Below are positions 1 through 9,239 of a DNA stretch of 64,000 bases, piece by piece (positions within the stretch are counted from its first letter, which is position 1; each line of letters opens with the position of its first letter). Source of the DNA: an uncultured Actinomycetota bacterium (GTDB lineage Bacteria > Actinomycetota > Actinomycetes > JAHEKZ01); contig CAVQYR010000001.1 in the NCBI GenBank assembly GCA_963718235.1, positions 608,001 through 672,000 of the forward strand, given 5' to 3'. Under the pieces are notes generated by a model. It was not told where the DNA came from. It saw only the letters and a list, made by a program, of their open reading frames with translations, and ran no database searches. The position numbers and the translations under genes were made by a program.

Positions 1-535
1 CAACGTCCGGTTCACCCCCACGGCGCCGGTCACCATCGACCCGGCGGTGGGTCCGGCGTCCACCTTCCCGGAGCCCACGGACCCTCGGGTGTTCCTCGGC
101 GCCTGGTCCGGCGACCTGGGGCTGGACGCCGGGGTTCCGCAGTCGGTGTACGAGCTCGACACGGCGTCGATGACCCAGCTCGGCAACGACGACCTGGGCG
201 TCGGTGAGACCTGGGAGCTGCCCGACGGTGCGGGCTCGATCACCTTCGACGGCTTCGTTGAGTACGGCAACTTCCAGGTGGCCAGCGATCCGGGCCGGGT
301 GATCGCCCTCGTGGCCGCCGTGCTGGCGATCACCGGGGTGATCGTCTCGTTGACCGTGCCACGGCGTCGGATCTGGGTCCGTGCGACGCAGCCCTCGCCA
401 GGCCGTACCCTGCTGGAGGTCGCCGGGCTGGCGCGCAGCGAGTCCGGCAGTCTGCAGGAGGAGGTCAGCGCGCTGTCCACGGCGCTGACCGGCCCACTTC
501 CTGCTCGCCTGTCACCTGAAGGGGACGACTCGTGA
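1..535 (+). CDS. resB: Cytochrome c biogenesis protein ResB, C-terminal part (5' truncated by window)
   Basis: Frame is open from position 2. C-terminal 'FQVASDPG-TM-SLTVPRRRIWVR...EVAGLAR' is typical of ResB. GTGA overlap with the downstream heme-attachment gene. Confidence 0.88.
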   Translation, partial: NVRFTPTAPVTIDPAVGPASTFPEPTDPRVFLGAWSGDLGLDAGVPQSVYELDTASMTQLGNDDLGVGETWELPDGAGSITFDGFVEYGNFQVASDPGRVIALVAAVLAITGVIVSLTVPRRRIWVRATQPSPGRTLLEVAGLARSESGSLQEEVSALSTALTGPLPARLSPEGDDS

Positions 536-1533
536 CCGATGCCGGGCTCGCGCAGCTGAGCAACAACCTGGTCTACGCGACGCTGGTCGTGCTGGCCCTG
601 GCCCTGGTCTCGTTCGCGGCCGACCTGGCGTACGGTTCCGGCCGGGCACGGGCCCGGGCGTCGTCGACCCGGTCACGGGTAGCGGTCGGTGCCGGCGGCG
701 GAGCCGACGCCGTCGACCTGCCGACCAGTCCCGAGGGCGGCCGCACAGAGGGCACCGAGACCGACAGCGACCGCCTCGGCCGGATCGGGGTGGCGCTCAC
801 CGGCTTGGCCTTCGGCCTGCTGCTGGCCGCCGTCGTGGCCCGCGGGGTGTCAGCCGGGCGACCGCCCTGGGGCAACATGTACGAGTTCTCCCTGGCCGGA
901 GCCCTGTCGGCGCTCGGGGTGTTCCTGGTCCTGCTGCTGCTCGGCCGCCAGGTGCGCTACCTGGGCGTGTTCGTCGTGCTGGCGGCGCTGGTGACTCTGG
1001 GGGTCGCGGTCGTCGTCCTGTACACCGAGTCGGCCCAGCTGGTCCCGGCCCTGAAGTCGTACTGGCTGTGGATCCACGTGACGGCGGCGATCATCAGCAG
1101 CGGGATCTTCACCGTGGCCACCGCCGCCACGGTGATGTACCTGGTGGCCGACGCGGCAGACCGCAGGAAGGCCGCGGGTCGACCCGGCGGGTGGGTCGGC
1201 GCCGTCGCCTCGCACCTGCCGGACGCGGTGACCCTGGACCGGGTGGCCTACCGCACGATCGCCTTCGGCTTCCCGCTGTGGTTCTTCACGATCGTGGCCG
1301 GCGCGATCTGGGCCGAGGCCGCGTGGGGCCGCTACTGGGGCTGGGACCCCAAGGAGACCTGGTCCTTCGTGACGCTGGTCCTGTACGCGGCCTACCTGCA
1401 CGCGCGCGCCACGGCGGGCTGGAAGGGCCGAAGTGCGGCGTTGGTCGCGCTGGCCGCCTACAGCTGCTTCCTGTTCAACTACTTCGGGGTCAACATCTGG
1501 TTCTTCGGCCTGCACAGCTACGGCGGCGTCTGA
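532..1533 (+). CDS. ccsB: c-type cytochrome biogenesis protein CcsB/ResC (system II)
   Basis: WWD domain 'WAEAAWGRYWGWDPKETW', 'PWGNMYEF', 'LKSYWLWIHV' and C-terminal 'GLHSYGG'. Confidence 0.96.
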   Translation: MTDAGLAQLSNNLVYATLVVLALALVSFAADLAYGSGRARARASSTRSRVAVGAGGGADAVDLPTSPEGGRTEGTETDSDRLGRIGVALTGLAFGLLLAAVVARGVSAGRPPWGNMYEFSLAGALSALGVFLVLLLLGRQVRYLGVFVVLAALVTLGVAVVVLYTESAQLVPALKSYWLWIHVTAAIISSGIFTVATAATVMYLVADAADRRKAAGRPGGWVGAVASHLPDAVTLDRVAYRTIAFGFPLWFFTIVAGAIWAEAAWGRYWGWDPKETWSFVTLVLYAAYLHARATAGWKGRSAALVALAAYSCFLFNYFGVNIWFFGLHSYGGV

Positions 1534-1862
1534 CGGTCGTCGTGGGTGCTGTCGTGGCTGCTGTCTGGACTGCTGTCGGGGGTGGGGTCCGGGGGAGCGG
1601 CGTCGGGTCCGGACGCCGGGTCCCAACCGTCGACGGGCTCGTCGACCGGGCCGTCGACCGGGCCGTCGACCGGGCCGCGCGCCTGCCGCTCGCGCCACAG
1701 GCGGTCGTCGAGGTCACGCAGGAACTTGGGGTCGTCGTCCGGGGCCTTGGGCGAGAGCGGCGGCCGGCGGCCCCCGGGGGCACCGCCACGGCGCTGGACC
1801 ATGGTGACCAGCAGGTACACCACCGCGAAGACGACGGCGAGCAACGCGAGAGCCTTGAGCAC
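1518..1862 (-). CDS. Small membrane-anchored hypothetical protein
   Basis: N-terminal TM helix, 'PKAPDDDPKFLRDLD' motif like small proteins commonly found beside actinobacterial ccsB, acidic low-complexity tail, AGGGGG RBS before the GTG. Confidence 0.7.
   Translation of the reverse strand: MLKALALLAVVFAVVYLLVTMVQRRGGAPGGRRPPLSPKAPDDDPKFLRDLDDRLWRERQARGPVDGPVDGPVDEPVDGWDPASGPDAAPPDPTPDSSPDSSHDSTHDDRQTPP
1628..1677. repeat. 12-bp in-frame tandem repeat (CCGTCGACCGGG unit, about 4 copies) encoding GPVD-GPVD-GPVD-EPVD
   Basis: Directly visible in the sequence; boundaries approximate. Confidence 0.75.
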
Positions 1863-2063
1863 GGCGTCACCCCCTGGTCCGACGGCGGCCCGCAGCGCGT
1901 CGAGGCGCGATTCGGGACGTGTGGGACCAGCCTAACCGCGGCGTTCGCCGTTCGCGCGCGCAGACCAGCCCCCGCCGTCGTCCCAGACGGACAGCGGGCG
2001 CAGGGCGTGCGTGGGCGAGGGGGTCGGCGGGCGCAGGAGGTGGGGGCGAGCGATGGCCGCGGC

Positions 2064-2186
2064 CTACCGCTTCCAAAAGGAGCGGATCCGGTCGCGGGTG
2101 AGCCGGTTCGGGTGGACGACCACGCGCCGGGCGTCGTGCTCCAACGTGCGGATGTGCGCGTGGGCCTGCTCGAGCGAGGGAAGCAT
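2064..2186 (-). CDS. Putative 40-aa small protein MLPSLEQAHAHIRTLEHDARRVVVHPNRLTRDRIRSFWKR
   Basis: Hand-translated and not in the ORF track. GGAG RBS upstream of the ATG, GC-rich third codon positions, divergent from the Lrp gene. Confidence 0.55.
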   Translation of the reverse strand: MLPSLEQAHAHIRTLEHDARRVVVHPNRLTRDRIRSFWKR

Positions 2187-2272
2187 GGGGAACAACTCCA
2201 AATCGGTGAATCCAAGGTCTCCAACTTCTTGCGTCTTCAATCATAAGGCAAGAGTCCGATATCGTCCAACGA

Positions 2273-2818
2273 ATGAGAGTCGATGAGGCCACGATGACCT
2301 TGGATGAGACGGTCGAGCCAGCCCGGCCGGGCCGGGCCGGTGGCCGGCGGCGCGAGCAGGGGCTGGACACCACCGACCAGGCGATCCTGGCCGCCCTGCG
2401 CACCAACGCTCGGATCCCCTACGCCGACCTGGCCCGGCTGGTGGGACTGTCCGGGCCCAGCGTGGCCGACCGGGTCAGGCGGCTGGAGCAGCTGGGGGTG
2501 ATCACCGGGTACCACGCTGCGGTGGCCCCCGCGGCGCTCGGGCTCGGGGTCGTTGCGCTGGTCGGCATCGAACAGACCGACGACGGAGACCAGGACGCCA
2601 TCGCGGCCGCCCTGGAGCGGCACCCGCAGATCGAGGACTGCTGGTTCGTGGCCGGCGACGAGGTGTTCGTGGTGAAGGTCCGGGTGGCCGACGTCGAGGC
2701 CCTGGAGAGCACCTTGCGCACCCTGCGCCGGATCGCCGGCGTCTCGCGCACCCACACGACCGTGGTGCTGTCCACCAAGTGGGAGGGACGGGCCGCGGCC
2801 GGCCCGCAGGCCGACTGA
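2273..2818 (+). CDS. Lrp/AsnC family transcriptional regulator
   Basis: 'LDTTDQAILAALRTNARIPYADLARLVGLSGPSVADRVRRLEQLGVITGY' HTH plus RAM domain. Start uncertain. Confidence 0.93.
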   Translation: MRVDEATMTLDETVEPARPGRAGGRRREQGLDTTDQAILAALRTNARIPYADLARLVGLSGPSVADRVRRLEQLGVITGYHAAVAPAALGLGVVALVGIEQTDDGDQDAIAAALERHPQIEDCWFVAGDEVFVVKVRVADVEALESTLRTLRRIAGVSRTHTTVVLSTKWEGRAAAGPQAD

Positions 2819-2886
2819 CGCCGTCGCGCTCGGGGCAGGGCATACGCCCTGCCAGCCAGGCGCGGCCCGCGAGGCACAATGGGCGG

Positions 2887-3195
2887 GTGAGTCGCGTCCC
2901 TCCCGTCATCACCTACTCGGTGCTTCGCCTGTTGCTCTTCGCCGTCCCGTTCGGTCTCCTGCTGCTGGTCGGTGTGCCAGTGCTGTGGGCGCTGCCCGTG
3001 GCGTTCATCGTGTCGGCCCTGGTGAGCCTGTTCGCGCTGAGCGGCCAGCGCGATGCGATCTCGGCGTCGGTCGTCGACCGGTCGGCCCGGGTCAAGAACA
3101 CGATGGACGAGCGGGCAGCGGCCGAGGACGCGTGGGACGACGAGCAGCGCGCCAAGGACGAGGGCGCTCAGCGCGGCGACGACTCCGGGAGCTGA
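2887..3195 (+). CDS. Small membrane protein, DUF4229-like
   Basis: 'YSVLRLLLF' with two TM helices and an acidic 'AEDAWDD' tail. GTG lies 6 nt after a CACAAT -10-like hexamer. Confidence 0.75.
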   Translation: MSRVPPVITYSVLRLLLFAVPFGLLLLVGVPVLWALPVAFIVSALVSLFALSGQRDAISASVVDRSARVKNTMDERAAAEDAWDDEQRAKDEGAQRGDDSGS

Positions 3196-4448
3196 GCGGG
3201 CGCCGTGTCCTGCCCGACCCGGTCCGGTCGGTCGGCGGGTGCCGCATCGAGCTCGCGCAGCGGTCGGCTGAACCACGCCGCGATCAAGGTGAGGGTCGCG
3301 AGCCCGGCGCAGCCGGCGACCGTCGCCTGGGGCCCGACCGCGGCGACCACGAGACCGGCGAACAGGTACCCCAGTGGAACGACGCCGTAGGCCACCGACA
3401 CGATCACGCCCATGACGCGACCGCGCATCGGCTCCGGGGTGCGCTGCTGCAGGGTGAAGTTGACCACCGGGTTGATCGGTCCGGTCAGGACGCCGCCGAG
3501 GACGGCCCCGGCCACCAGCCATCCGTAGGGAGGCTGCAGGGCGAACCAGGTCAGGGCCAGGACACCCCCGGCCATGCCGACGACGAGCGCGATCCGCTGG
3601 CTCACCCGGTGACCCAGGGCGCTGTACCCCAGCGCGCCGGCGATGCCCCCGATGCTGAAGGCCATGAGCAGGACGCCGAGCCGCTCGGGCTCGGCCTGCC
3701 GCTCGAAGACGACGGGCAGTACCACGCCGAGGACCGGGTAGGTGATGGCCACGAAGGCGGAGGACAGCAGGGTCACCGAGCGGAGGACCCGGTTGTCCCA
3801 CACGAACCGGAGGCCGACCAGGGTGCCGGCCCAGAAGGGCGGCCGGTGCTTGGCCAGCGGACGTCCGGCCCCTGGCACGTGGACCAGGGCCAGAAGGGCC
3901 GCCGAGGCCACGAACCCGGCGAACATGGCCCACAGCGCGGGGACGGCGCCGACCAGACCGATCAGCACGCCTCCGACGGCCGGGCCGACGAGGAAGGCGA
4001 GTCCCCAGATGGCCTCGTGGATACCGTTCACCCGCTGGAGGGGGAGCTGGGCGGTCTCGGCGACGTCGGGCAGCATCGCCTCGCGGGCGGTGACGCCGGC
4101 CGGGTCGAAGACCGACCCGAGCACCCCGAGGGCGAGCACCCAGGCGAAGGTGAGGTCTGCGGTCAGCGCGACGAGCGGGATCCCTGCGACGGAGACGGCG
4201 GAGAAGACGTCGGAGACGACCGAGGTGCGTCGTCGGCCGAACCGGTCGACCATGGTGCCGGAGAACAGACTGGACAGCAGCATCGGCAGTGCGCTGACGC
4301 CGGCCACCACGCCTGCGGCGGCGGGGTTGCCCGTCAGCTCGAGCACGATCCACGGCATGGCCACCATCGCCACGCCGTTGCCGAGGCCCGACATCAACGT
4401 GGCCCCCTCGAGGGCCAGGAACGGGACGAGTCGCCGAGGGCTCGTCAT
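3168..4448 (-). CDS. MFS efflux transporter (Tap/Rv1258c-like)
   Basis: About 12 TM segments, motif A 'GTMVDRFGRRR', 'FDPAGVTAREAMLP' and 'QQRTPEPMRGRVMG'. Confidence 0.9.
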   Translation of the reverse strand: MTSPRRLVPFLALEGATLMSGLGNGVAMVAMPWIVLELTGNPAAAGVVAGVSALPMLLSSLFSGTMVDRFGRRRTSVVSDVFSAVSVAGIPLVALTADLTFAWVLALGVLGSVFDPAGVTAREAMLPDVAETAQLPLQRVNGIHEAIWGLAFLVGPAVGGVLIGLVGAVPALWAMFAGFVASAALLALVHVPGAGRPLAKHRPPFWAGTLVGLRFVWDNRVLRSVTLLSSAFVAITYPVLGVVLPVVFERQAEPERLGVLLMAFSIGGIAGALGYSALGHRVSQRIALVVGMAGGVLALTWFALQPPYGWLVAGAVLGGVLTGPINPVVNFTLQQRTPEPMRGRVMGVIVSVAYGVVPLGYLFAGLVVAAVGPQATVAGCAGLATLTLIAAWFSRPLRELDAAPADRPDRVGQDTAPAQLPESSPR

Positions 4449-5035
4449 GACTGGCTCCGACGGCGACGGGTCGGTGGCGCGGTGACCCCGGCGAGCAGGC
4501 TGGTGGCCACGACCCCGGGCGCATCGCGGGCGGCCAGTCGGCCCTCGTGCACGGAGTCCCAGGCCGTGATGACCGCACCGCCGAGCAGGTCGACGACCCA
4601 GTCGACGGGCAGGTCGGCGCGAAGCTGTCCGGAGTCCTGACCGCGTCGGACTGCGGCCGCGACCGGCTCGAAGACCTCGTACCAGCGCCGGCCCAGGGTG
4701 GGGGAGTCGTAGATGACCGGGTCGGCGTTGAGGAAACGCAGGTAGGGCCCGAGCTCGACCAGCTGCTCGACGACCCGACGCAGCGCCGTCGCCGCGTCGT
4801 CGTCACCGGGTCGGGCCGAGTCGATGGCCGCGGCGACGGTGTCGAGGGCCTCGTCGGCCAGGGCGTGCAGCAGGTCGTCGCGGGTGGCGAAGCAGCGGTG
4901 CAGGGTGGTGCGTCCGACCCCGGCGGCGGCCGCGACCTCCGACAGGCTGGCCCGGGCGTCCTTGCTCAACCGCTCGGCGGCGGCGTCCAGGACGGCTCGG
5001 CGGGTCCGGTCGTGGCGGGGCATCGGGGTCGACAT
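4445..5035 (-). CDS. TetR/AcrR family regulator
   Basis: 'ASLSEVAAAAGVGRTTLHRCFATRDDLL' HTH. ATGA overlap with the MFS gene. Start trimmed from the track ORF 4445..5962. Confidence 0.92.
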   Translation of the reverse strand: MSTPMPRHDRTRRAVLDAAAERLSKDARASLSEVAAAAGVGRTTLHRCFATRDDLLHALADEALDTVAAAIDSARPGDDDAATALRRVVEQLVELGPYLRFLNADPVIYDSPTLGRRWYEVFEPVAAAVRRGQDSGQLRADLPVDWVVDLLGGAVITAWDSVHEGRLAARDAPGVVATSLLAGVTAPPTRRRRSQS

Positions 5036-5037
5036 GG

Positions 5038-5087
5038 ATGGAACACTCCTGCTTCGTATGGAACACCATTGTTCCATACGAAGCAGG
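5038..5087. promoter_or_regulatory. Perfect 18-bp inverted repeat plus an extra half-site; probable TetR operator and/or menA terminator
   Basis: CCTGCTTCGTATGGAACA-ccat-TGTTCCATACGAAGCAGG at 5048-5087. ATGGAACAC also occurs at 5038 and 5058. Confidence 0.75.
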
Positions 5088-5103
5088 CTCCGACCAGCCG
5101 GGC

Positions 5104-5979
5104 TCAGCCGAGGGCCAGGCCCACGGCGAGGGTGAGACCGAAGAGCAGCTGGGTGCGGCCGGTGTCCCGCAGGGTGACGATCAGCGCGCGGCCGGTCGCC
5201 CCCCGCAGGACCGCCCCGACCGGCGGCAGTCCGGGGACGACGGCCAGCAGGGTCAGTAGGGCCCACTCGGTCCACAGGACGGCGACCAGGACCCCCCCGG
5301 CCAGGGCGAGCAGCATCATCGCGACGTAGAGCCAACGGGTCCCGCGGTCGCCCAGCCGGACGGCCAGGGTCACCTTGCCCACCGCCTCGTCGGTCGGACG
5401 GTCGCGCAGGTTGTTCACGACCAGCAGGGCCGAGGCGAGCAGGCCGACCGGCACCGCGCAGACGAACGCCAGGGCGGTCAGCTGCTCGGTCTGGACGAAC
5501 GCCGTTCCGGTCACGGCCACCAGCCCGAAGAAGACGAACACGCTCAGCTCGCCCAGGCCTCGGTAGCCGTAGGGCGAGCGACCGCCGGTGTAGTACCAGG
5601 CGGCCACGATCGCGGCGACCCCGACCAGCAGCAGCCACCAGGCCTGGGTCCACAGCACCAGCACCAGGCCGGCCACGGCGGCCACGCCGAACATCCCGAG
5701 CGCCGCGCGCTTCACGACGCTCGGTTCCGCCGCGCCGCTGGCGACCAGCCGCACCGGGCCGACCCGCTCCTCGTCGGTGCCGCGCACGCCGTCGCTGTAG
5801 TCGTTGGCGTAGTTGACCCCGACCTGCAGGGACAGCGCGACGACGAGAGCCAGCAGGGCCTGGGCGGCGAGGAAGGAACCTTCGAACGAGGCAACCCCGG
5901 AGCCGACGGCGACGGGGGCGATCGCCGCGGGAAGGGTTCGCGGGCGCGCGCCCTCCCACCACTGGGCCGGTGTCGCCAT
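5104..5979 (-). CDS. menA: 1,4-dihydroxy-2-naphthoate polyprenyltransferase
   Basis: 'WWEGARPRTLPAA', 'NYANDYSDGVRGTD' and 'VVNNLRD' motifs. Confidence 0.96.
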   Translation of the reverse strand: MATPAQWWEGARPRTLPAAIAPVAVGSGVASFEGSFLAAQALLALVVALSLQVGVNYANDYSDGVRGTDEERVGPVRLVASGAAEPSVVKRAALGMFGVAAVAGLVLVLWTQAWWLLLVGVAAIVAAWYYTGGRSPYGYRGLGELSVFVFFGLVAVTGTAFVQTEQLTALAFVCAVPVGLLASALLVVNNLRDRPTDEAVGKVTLAVRLGDRGTRWLYVAMMLLALAGGVLVAVLWTEWALLTLLAVVPGLPPVGAVLRGATGRALIVTLRDTGRTQLLFGLTLAVGLALG

Positions 5980-5996
5980 CAGGCTGCTCGCTCTCG

Positions 5997-7211
5997 TCAG
6001 GGTGCGGCGTCGAGCGTCTCCGGGGACGACGAGCCGGTGGCGAGGGTACGCACCGCGGCCCGGTCCGGCTTGCCCGAGGTCAGCAGGGGGAGCTCGGCGA
6101 GTCCGACGACGAGGCGTGGCAGCGCGGCCGCGGGAAGCTGGGTGGCCGCGAAGTCCCTGAGCTGCGCAAGCGTCGGCCAGGCCCCCGGTGCTGTGGGAAC
6201 GACCGCCGCGACGACCTGCTGACCCCACTCGGGGTCAGGGACTCCGACCACCACGACCTCGGCAACGCCCGGGTGGCCGGAAAGTACCGCCTCGACCCGG
6301 ACACACGACACGTTGACCCCACCGGAGACCACGACGTCGTCGTCGCGACCGAGCACGGTGAGGCGTCCCGCCTCGTCGAGGAGTCCGAGGTCCTGGGTGT
6401 AGAGCTCCTGGCCGCGCAGCACCTGCGACGTGAGGGTCGGTTCGAGTCGGTAGCCGGTGAACAAGGTCGGCCCGGATAGCACGACGTGTCCGTCGGAGTC
6501 GAGGCGCACCCCCACGCCCGGCAGCGGATGGCCGTCGTAGACGCACCCGCCGCTGGTCTCGGTCATGCCGTACGTCGTGACGACCCGAACGCCACGGTCG
6601 GCCGCACGCACGAGCAGCGACGGGTCGGACCCGGCACCGCCCAGGAGCACCACGTCGAGCCGGGCCAGTGCGGCGGTGGCCGCCGGGTCGTCCAGCAGCC
6701 GGTAGAGCTGGGTGGGCACCAGCGAGGTCGCCCGCACGCCGTCCCCACCGGTGTGGTCCAGCTGGGCGGCGGCAGCGGCGAAGGCTGACGGCGAGAACCT
6801 CTCGCTCAGGTCGAGGAGCACCGGGTGGGTGCCGGCGAGCAGCGAGCGCACCAGCACCTGCAGCCCCCCGATCGAGCTCAGGGGCAGGGCCACCACCCAC
6901 GCACCGGGGCCGCCGATCACCTCCTCAGTGGCCCGTGCGCTCGCGCGGAGCGCCTCGGCGGTGAGCATCGCCAGCTTGGGGACACCGGTCGAGCCGGAGG
7001 TCGCGACCACGACGCTGACGTCGTCGTGCTCGAGCGGTCGGTCCAGCTGGGCGGCCTCGACCAGGGCGGACCGCACGGCCGGCGGCCCCGGAGGAAGGGG
7101 GAGGATCGCCGGGCCGGACCCGTCGAGGGCGGCAGCCAGGCGACGGCGGAAGGGGTCCACGGCGTCCGCCCGCGTCGGGGCGTCCAGGGTGATCAGGTGC
7201 CGCGTACGCAT
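5997..7211 (-). CDS. menE: o-succinylbenzoate-CoA ligase
   Basis: AMP-binding 'TSGSTGVPK', '[15 protein letters not shown]' and 'SGKPDR'; men-cluster context. Confidence 0.92.
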   Translation of the reverse strand: MRTRHLITLDAPTRADAVDPFRRRLAAALDGSGPAILPLPPGPPAVRSALVEAAQLDRPLEHDDVSVVVATSGSTGVPKLAMLTAEALRASARATEEVIGGPGAWVVALPLSSIGGLQVLVRSLLAGTHPVLLDLSERFSPSAFAAAAAQLDHTGGDGVRATSLVPTQLYRLLDDPAATAALARLDVVLLGGAGSDPSLLVRAADRGVRVVTTYGMTETSGGCVYDGHPLPGVGVRLDSDGHVVLSGPTLFTGYRLEPTLTSQVLRGQELYTQDLGLLDEAGRLTVLGRDDDVVVSGGVNVSCVRVEAVLSGHPGVAEVVVVGVPDPEWGQQVVAAVVPTAPGAWPTLAQLRDFAATQLPAAALPRLVVGLAELPLLTSGKPDRAAVRTLATGSSSPETLDAAP

Positions 7212-7217
7212 CGCACC

Positions 7218-7224
7218 TAGGCTA
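7218..7224. promoter_or_regulatory. Overlapping back-to-back -10 hexamers (TAGGCT on +, TAGCCT on -) for divergent menE/menB
   Basis: TANNNT on both strands in a 55-bp intergenic gap. The minus hexamer is 7 nt from the menE ATG. Confidence 0.5.
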
Positions 7225-7266
7225 CTGACCGGGCCAGTGACCACTGCCGAGGAGGACCCTGCCGCG

Positions 7267-8139
7267 ATGACCGACCAGCCGGACCCCGCCGCGACGACGA
7301 TCAAGCCCGGTGCCGAATGGGTACGCAGTGGTGACTACGCCGACATCGAGTACCACACCGCCGACGGCATGGCGAAGATCACGATCAACCGGCCCGAGGT
7401 GCGCAACGCCTTCCGCCCGCAGACCCTCTTCGAGCTGCAGCACGCGTTCAACGTCGCCCGCGACGACGACACAGTCGGGGTGATCGTCCTGACCGGCAAG
7501 GGCGACCTCGCATTCTGCTCCGGGGGTGACCAGCGGATCCGGGGGGACGACGGCTACCTCGGGGACGACGACGTCGCCCACAAGGGGATCGGTCGGCTCA
7601 ACGTCTTGGACCTGCAGGTGCAGATCCGGCGCACGCCGAAGCCGGTGGTGGCGATGATCGCCGGGTACGCCGTGGGCGGCGGCCACGTGCTGCACGTCGT
7701 CTGCGACCTGTCGATCGCCGCGGACAACGCCCGGTTCCAGCAGACCGGTCCCAAGGTCGGGTCGTTCGACGGCGGCTACGGCTCCGGCCTGCTGGCCGCG
7801 CAGATCGGCCAGAAGCGCGCCAGGGAGATCTGGTTCCTGTGCCGTCAGTACGACGCGGCAACAGCACTCGACTGGGGCCTCGTGAACGCGGTGGTCCCGC
7901 TCGAGCAGCTGGAGATCGAGACAGTTCGCTGGTGTCGGGAGATGCTCGAGCACTCACCACTCGCGCTGCGCATGCTGAAGGCGTCGATGAACGCCGCCGA
8001 CGACGGTCTGGCCGGCGTGCAGCAGCTCGCCGGCGACGCGACCCTGCTCTTCTACATGACCGAGGAGGCCCAGGAGGGCCGCAACGCCTACCAGGACAGG
8101 CGCAAGCCCGACTTCGGCAAGTTCCCCAAGCGTCCCTGA
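7267..8139 (+). CDS. menB: 1,4-dihydroxy-2-naphthoyl-CoA synthase
   Basis: '[13 protein letters not shown]', 'FCSGGDQR' and '[12 protein letters not shown]'; GAGGAGG RBS. Confidence 0.97.
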   Translation: MTDQPDPAATTIKPGAEWVRSGDYADIEYHTADGMAKITINRPEVRNAFRPQTLFELQHAFNVARDDDTVGVIVLTGKGDLAFCSGGDQRIRGDDGYLGDDDVAHKGIGRLNVLDLQVQIRRTPKPVVAMIAGYAVGGGHVLHVVCDLSIAADNARFQQTGPKVGSFDGGYGSGLLAAQIGQKRAREIWFLCRQYDAATALDWGLVNAVVPLEQLEIETVRWCREMLEHSPLALRMLKASMNAADDGLAGVQQLAGDATLLFYMTEEAQEGRNAYQDRRKPDFGKFPKRP

Positions 8140-8142
8140 CCC

Positions 8143-9120
8143 GTGGCCCTCCCCTCGCTGGACGACCTCCTGGACGGATCGGTCTGTTTCGCCGTCCCTC
8201 TCACCGTCCGGTTCCGCGGCACCGACCATCGCGAGGGCCTGCTCGTCCGCGGTCCGGTGGGCTGGGGTGAGTTCGCGCCGTTCCCCGAGTACGGACCGGC
8301 CGAGTCGTCGAGGTGGCTCGCGGCTGCGATAGAGGCCGCGTGGACCGGCTGGCCGGAGCCACTGCGCGACACCGTTCCGGTCAACGCCATCGTCCCTGCG
8401 GTGGAGCCGGACGTCGCGTCGCGGCTGACCCGGGAGTCCGGCTGCACGACCGCGAAGGTCAAGGTGGCTGACGCTGGTCAGTCGCTGGCGCAGGACGTCG
8501 CGCGGGTGGCTGCCGTCCGGGATGCACTCGGCCCGGCCGGCGCGGTGCGGGTCGACGCTAACGGAGCGTGGACCCTCGACGAGGCGGTCGACGCCCTTCG
8601 TGAGCTCGAGCCGTTCGGTCTGGAGTACGCGGAGCAGCCGTGCCCGACGATCGAGGAGTGCGCCCAGGTGCGGCGGGTGGTCGACGTCCCGCTGGCGATC
8701 GACGAGGGGGTACGGCGGGCCGGAGACCCCCGGGCGGTGGTCGGGCTGCGCGAGGCCGCCGACGTCCTCGTGCTGAAGGTGCCCCCGCTGGGCGGGGTGG
8801 GCGCCGCGCTGCGCGTGGCCGAGACCTACGGGCTGCCGTGCGTCGTCTCGTCGGCTCTGGACACCTCCGTGGGGCTCGCGGCCGGGCTGGCCCTGGCCGC
8901 CGCGCTGCCTGAGCTCCCCTACGCGTGCGGCCTGGCCAGTGGGCTCCTGCTGGCTTCCGACGTCGTCACCGACCGCCTGCTGCCCGTGCAGGGAAGCCTC
9001 GGCGTGCGGCGCCCGTCGGTCGACCGCGCCGTGGTGTCCGCCTCGGCCCCCACCGATGGCTGGAACCGCTGGCGCTCGCGCCTGGCGCAGGCACACGAGG
9101 TCCTGTCCAGGACCTCCTAG
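8143..9120 (+). CDS. menC: o-succinylbenzoate synthase
   Basis: 'WGEFAPFPEY', 'KVKVA', 'RVDANGAW', 'EQP' and 'IDE' enolase-superfamily motifs. Confidence 0.95.
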   Translation: MALPSLDDLLDGSVCFAVPLTVRFRGTDHREGLLVRGPVGWGEFAPFPEYGPAESSRWLAAAIEAAWTGWPEPLRDTVPVNAIVPAVEPDVASRLTRESGCTTAKVKVADAGQSLAQDVARVAAVRDALGPAGAVRVDANGAWTLDEAVDALRELEPFGLEYAEQPCPTIEECAQVRRVVDVPLAIDEGVRRAGDPRAVVGLREAADVLVLKVPPLGGVGAALRVAETYGLPCVVSSALDTSVGLAAGLALAAALPELPYACGLASGLLLASDVVTDRLLPVQGSLGVRRPSVDRAVVSASAPTDGWNRWRSRLAQAHEVLSRTS

Positions 9121-9134
9121 GGCTCCTGCGCAAT

Positions 9135-9164
9135 GCACCCGATCTGGCGATGAAGATCGGGTGT
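9135..9164. terminator. Hairpin between menC and menD
   Basis: CACCCGATCT-N8-AGATCGGGTG stem with no U-tract; followed by TACAGT at 9177-9182. Confidence 0.4.
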
Positions 9165-9239
9165 CCGGGCGGCCGATACAGTCGACAGGTCCGTCTGCCC
9201 GCGTTCTCGGCCCCCACGCGCCACCCGGCAGGAGAAGTG

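Noticed and set aside
1628-1677. CRISPR-like repeat array
   Set aside because: 12-bp contiguous in-frame units with no spacers and no cas genes.
2419-4806. 795-aa minus-strand ORF, and similar long ORFs such as 2985..4640, 29477..31141 and 49028..51262
   Set aside because: Arg/Gly/Pro-rich off-frame or antisense shadows of well-supported genes, expected at this GC content.
4445-5962. Apparent 505-aa TetR fusion, and similar long N-terminal extensions on the substrate-binding protein, menB, menD, mttB, nuoC and nuoK ORFs
   Set aside because: The extensions overlap neighbouring genes and are low-complexity. Internal starts with an RBS or -10 box give family-typical lengths.
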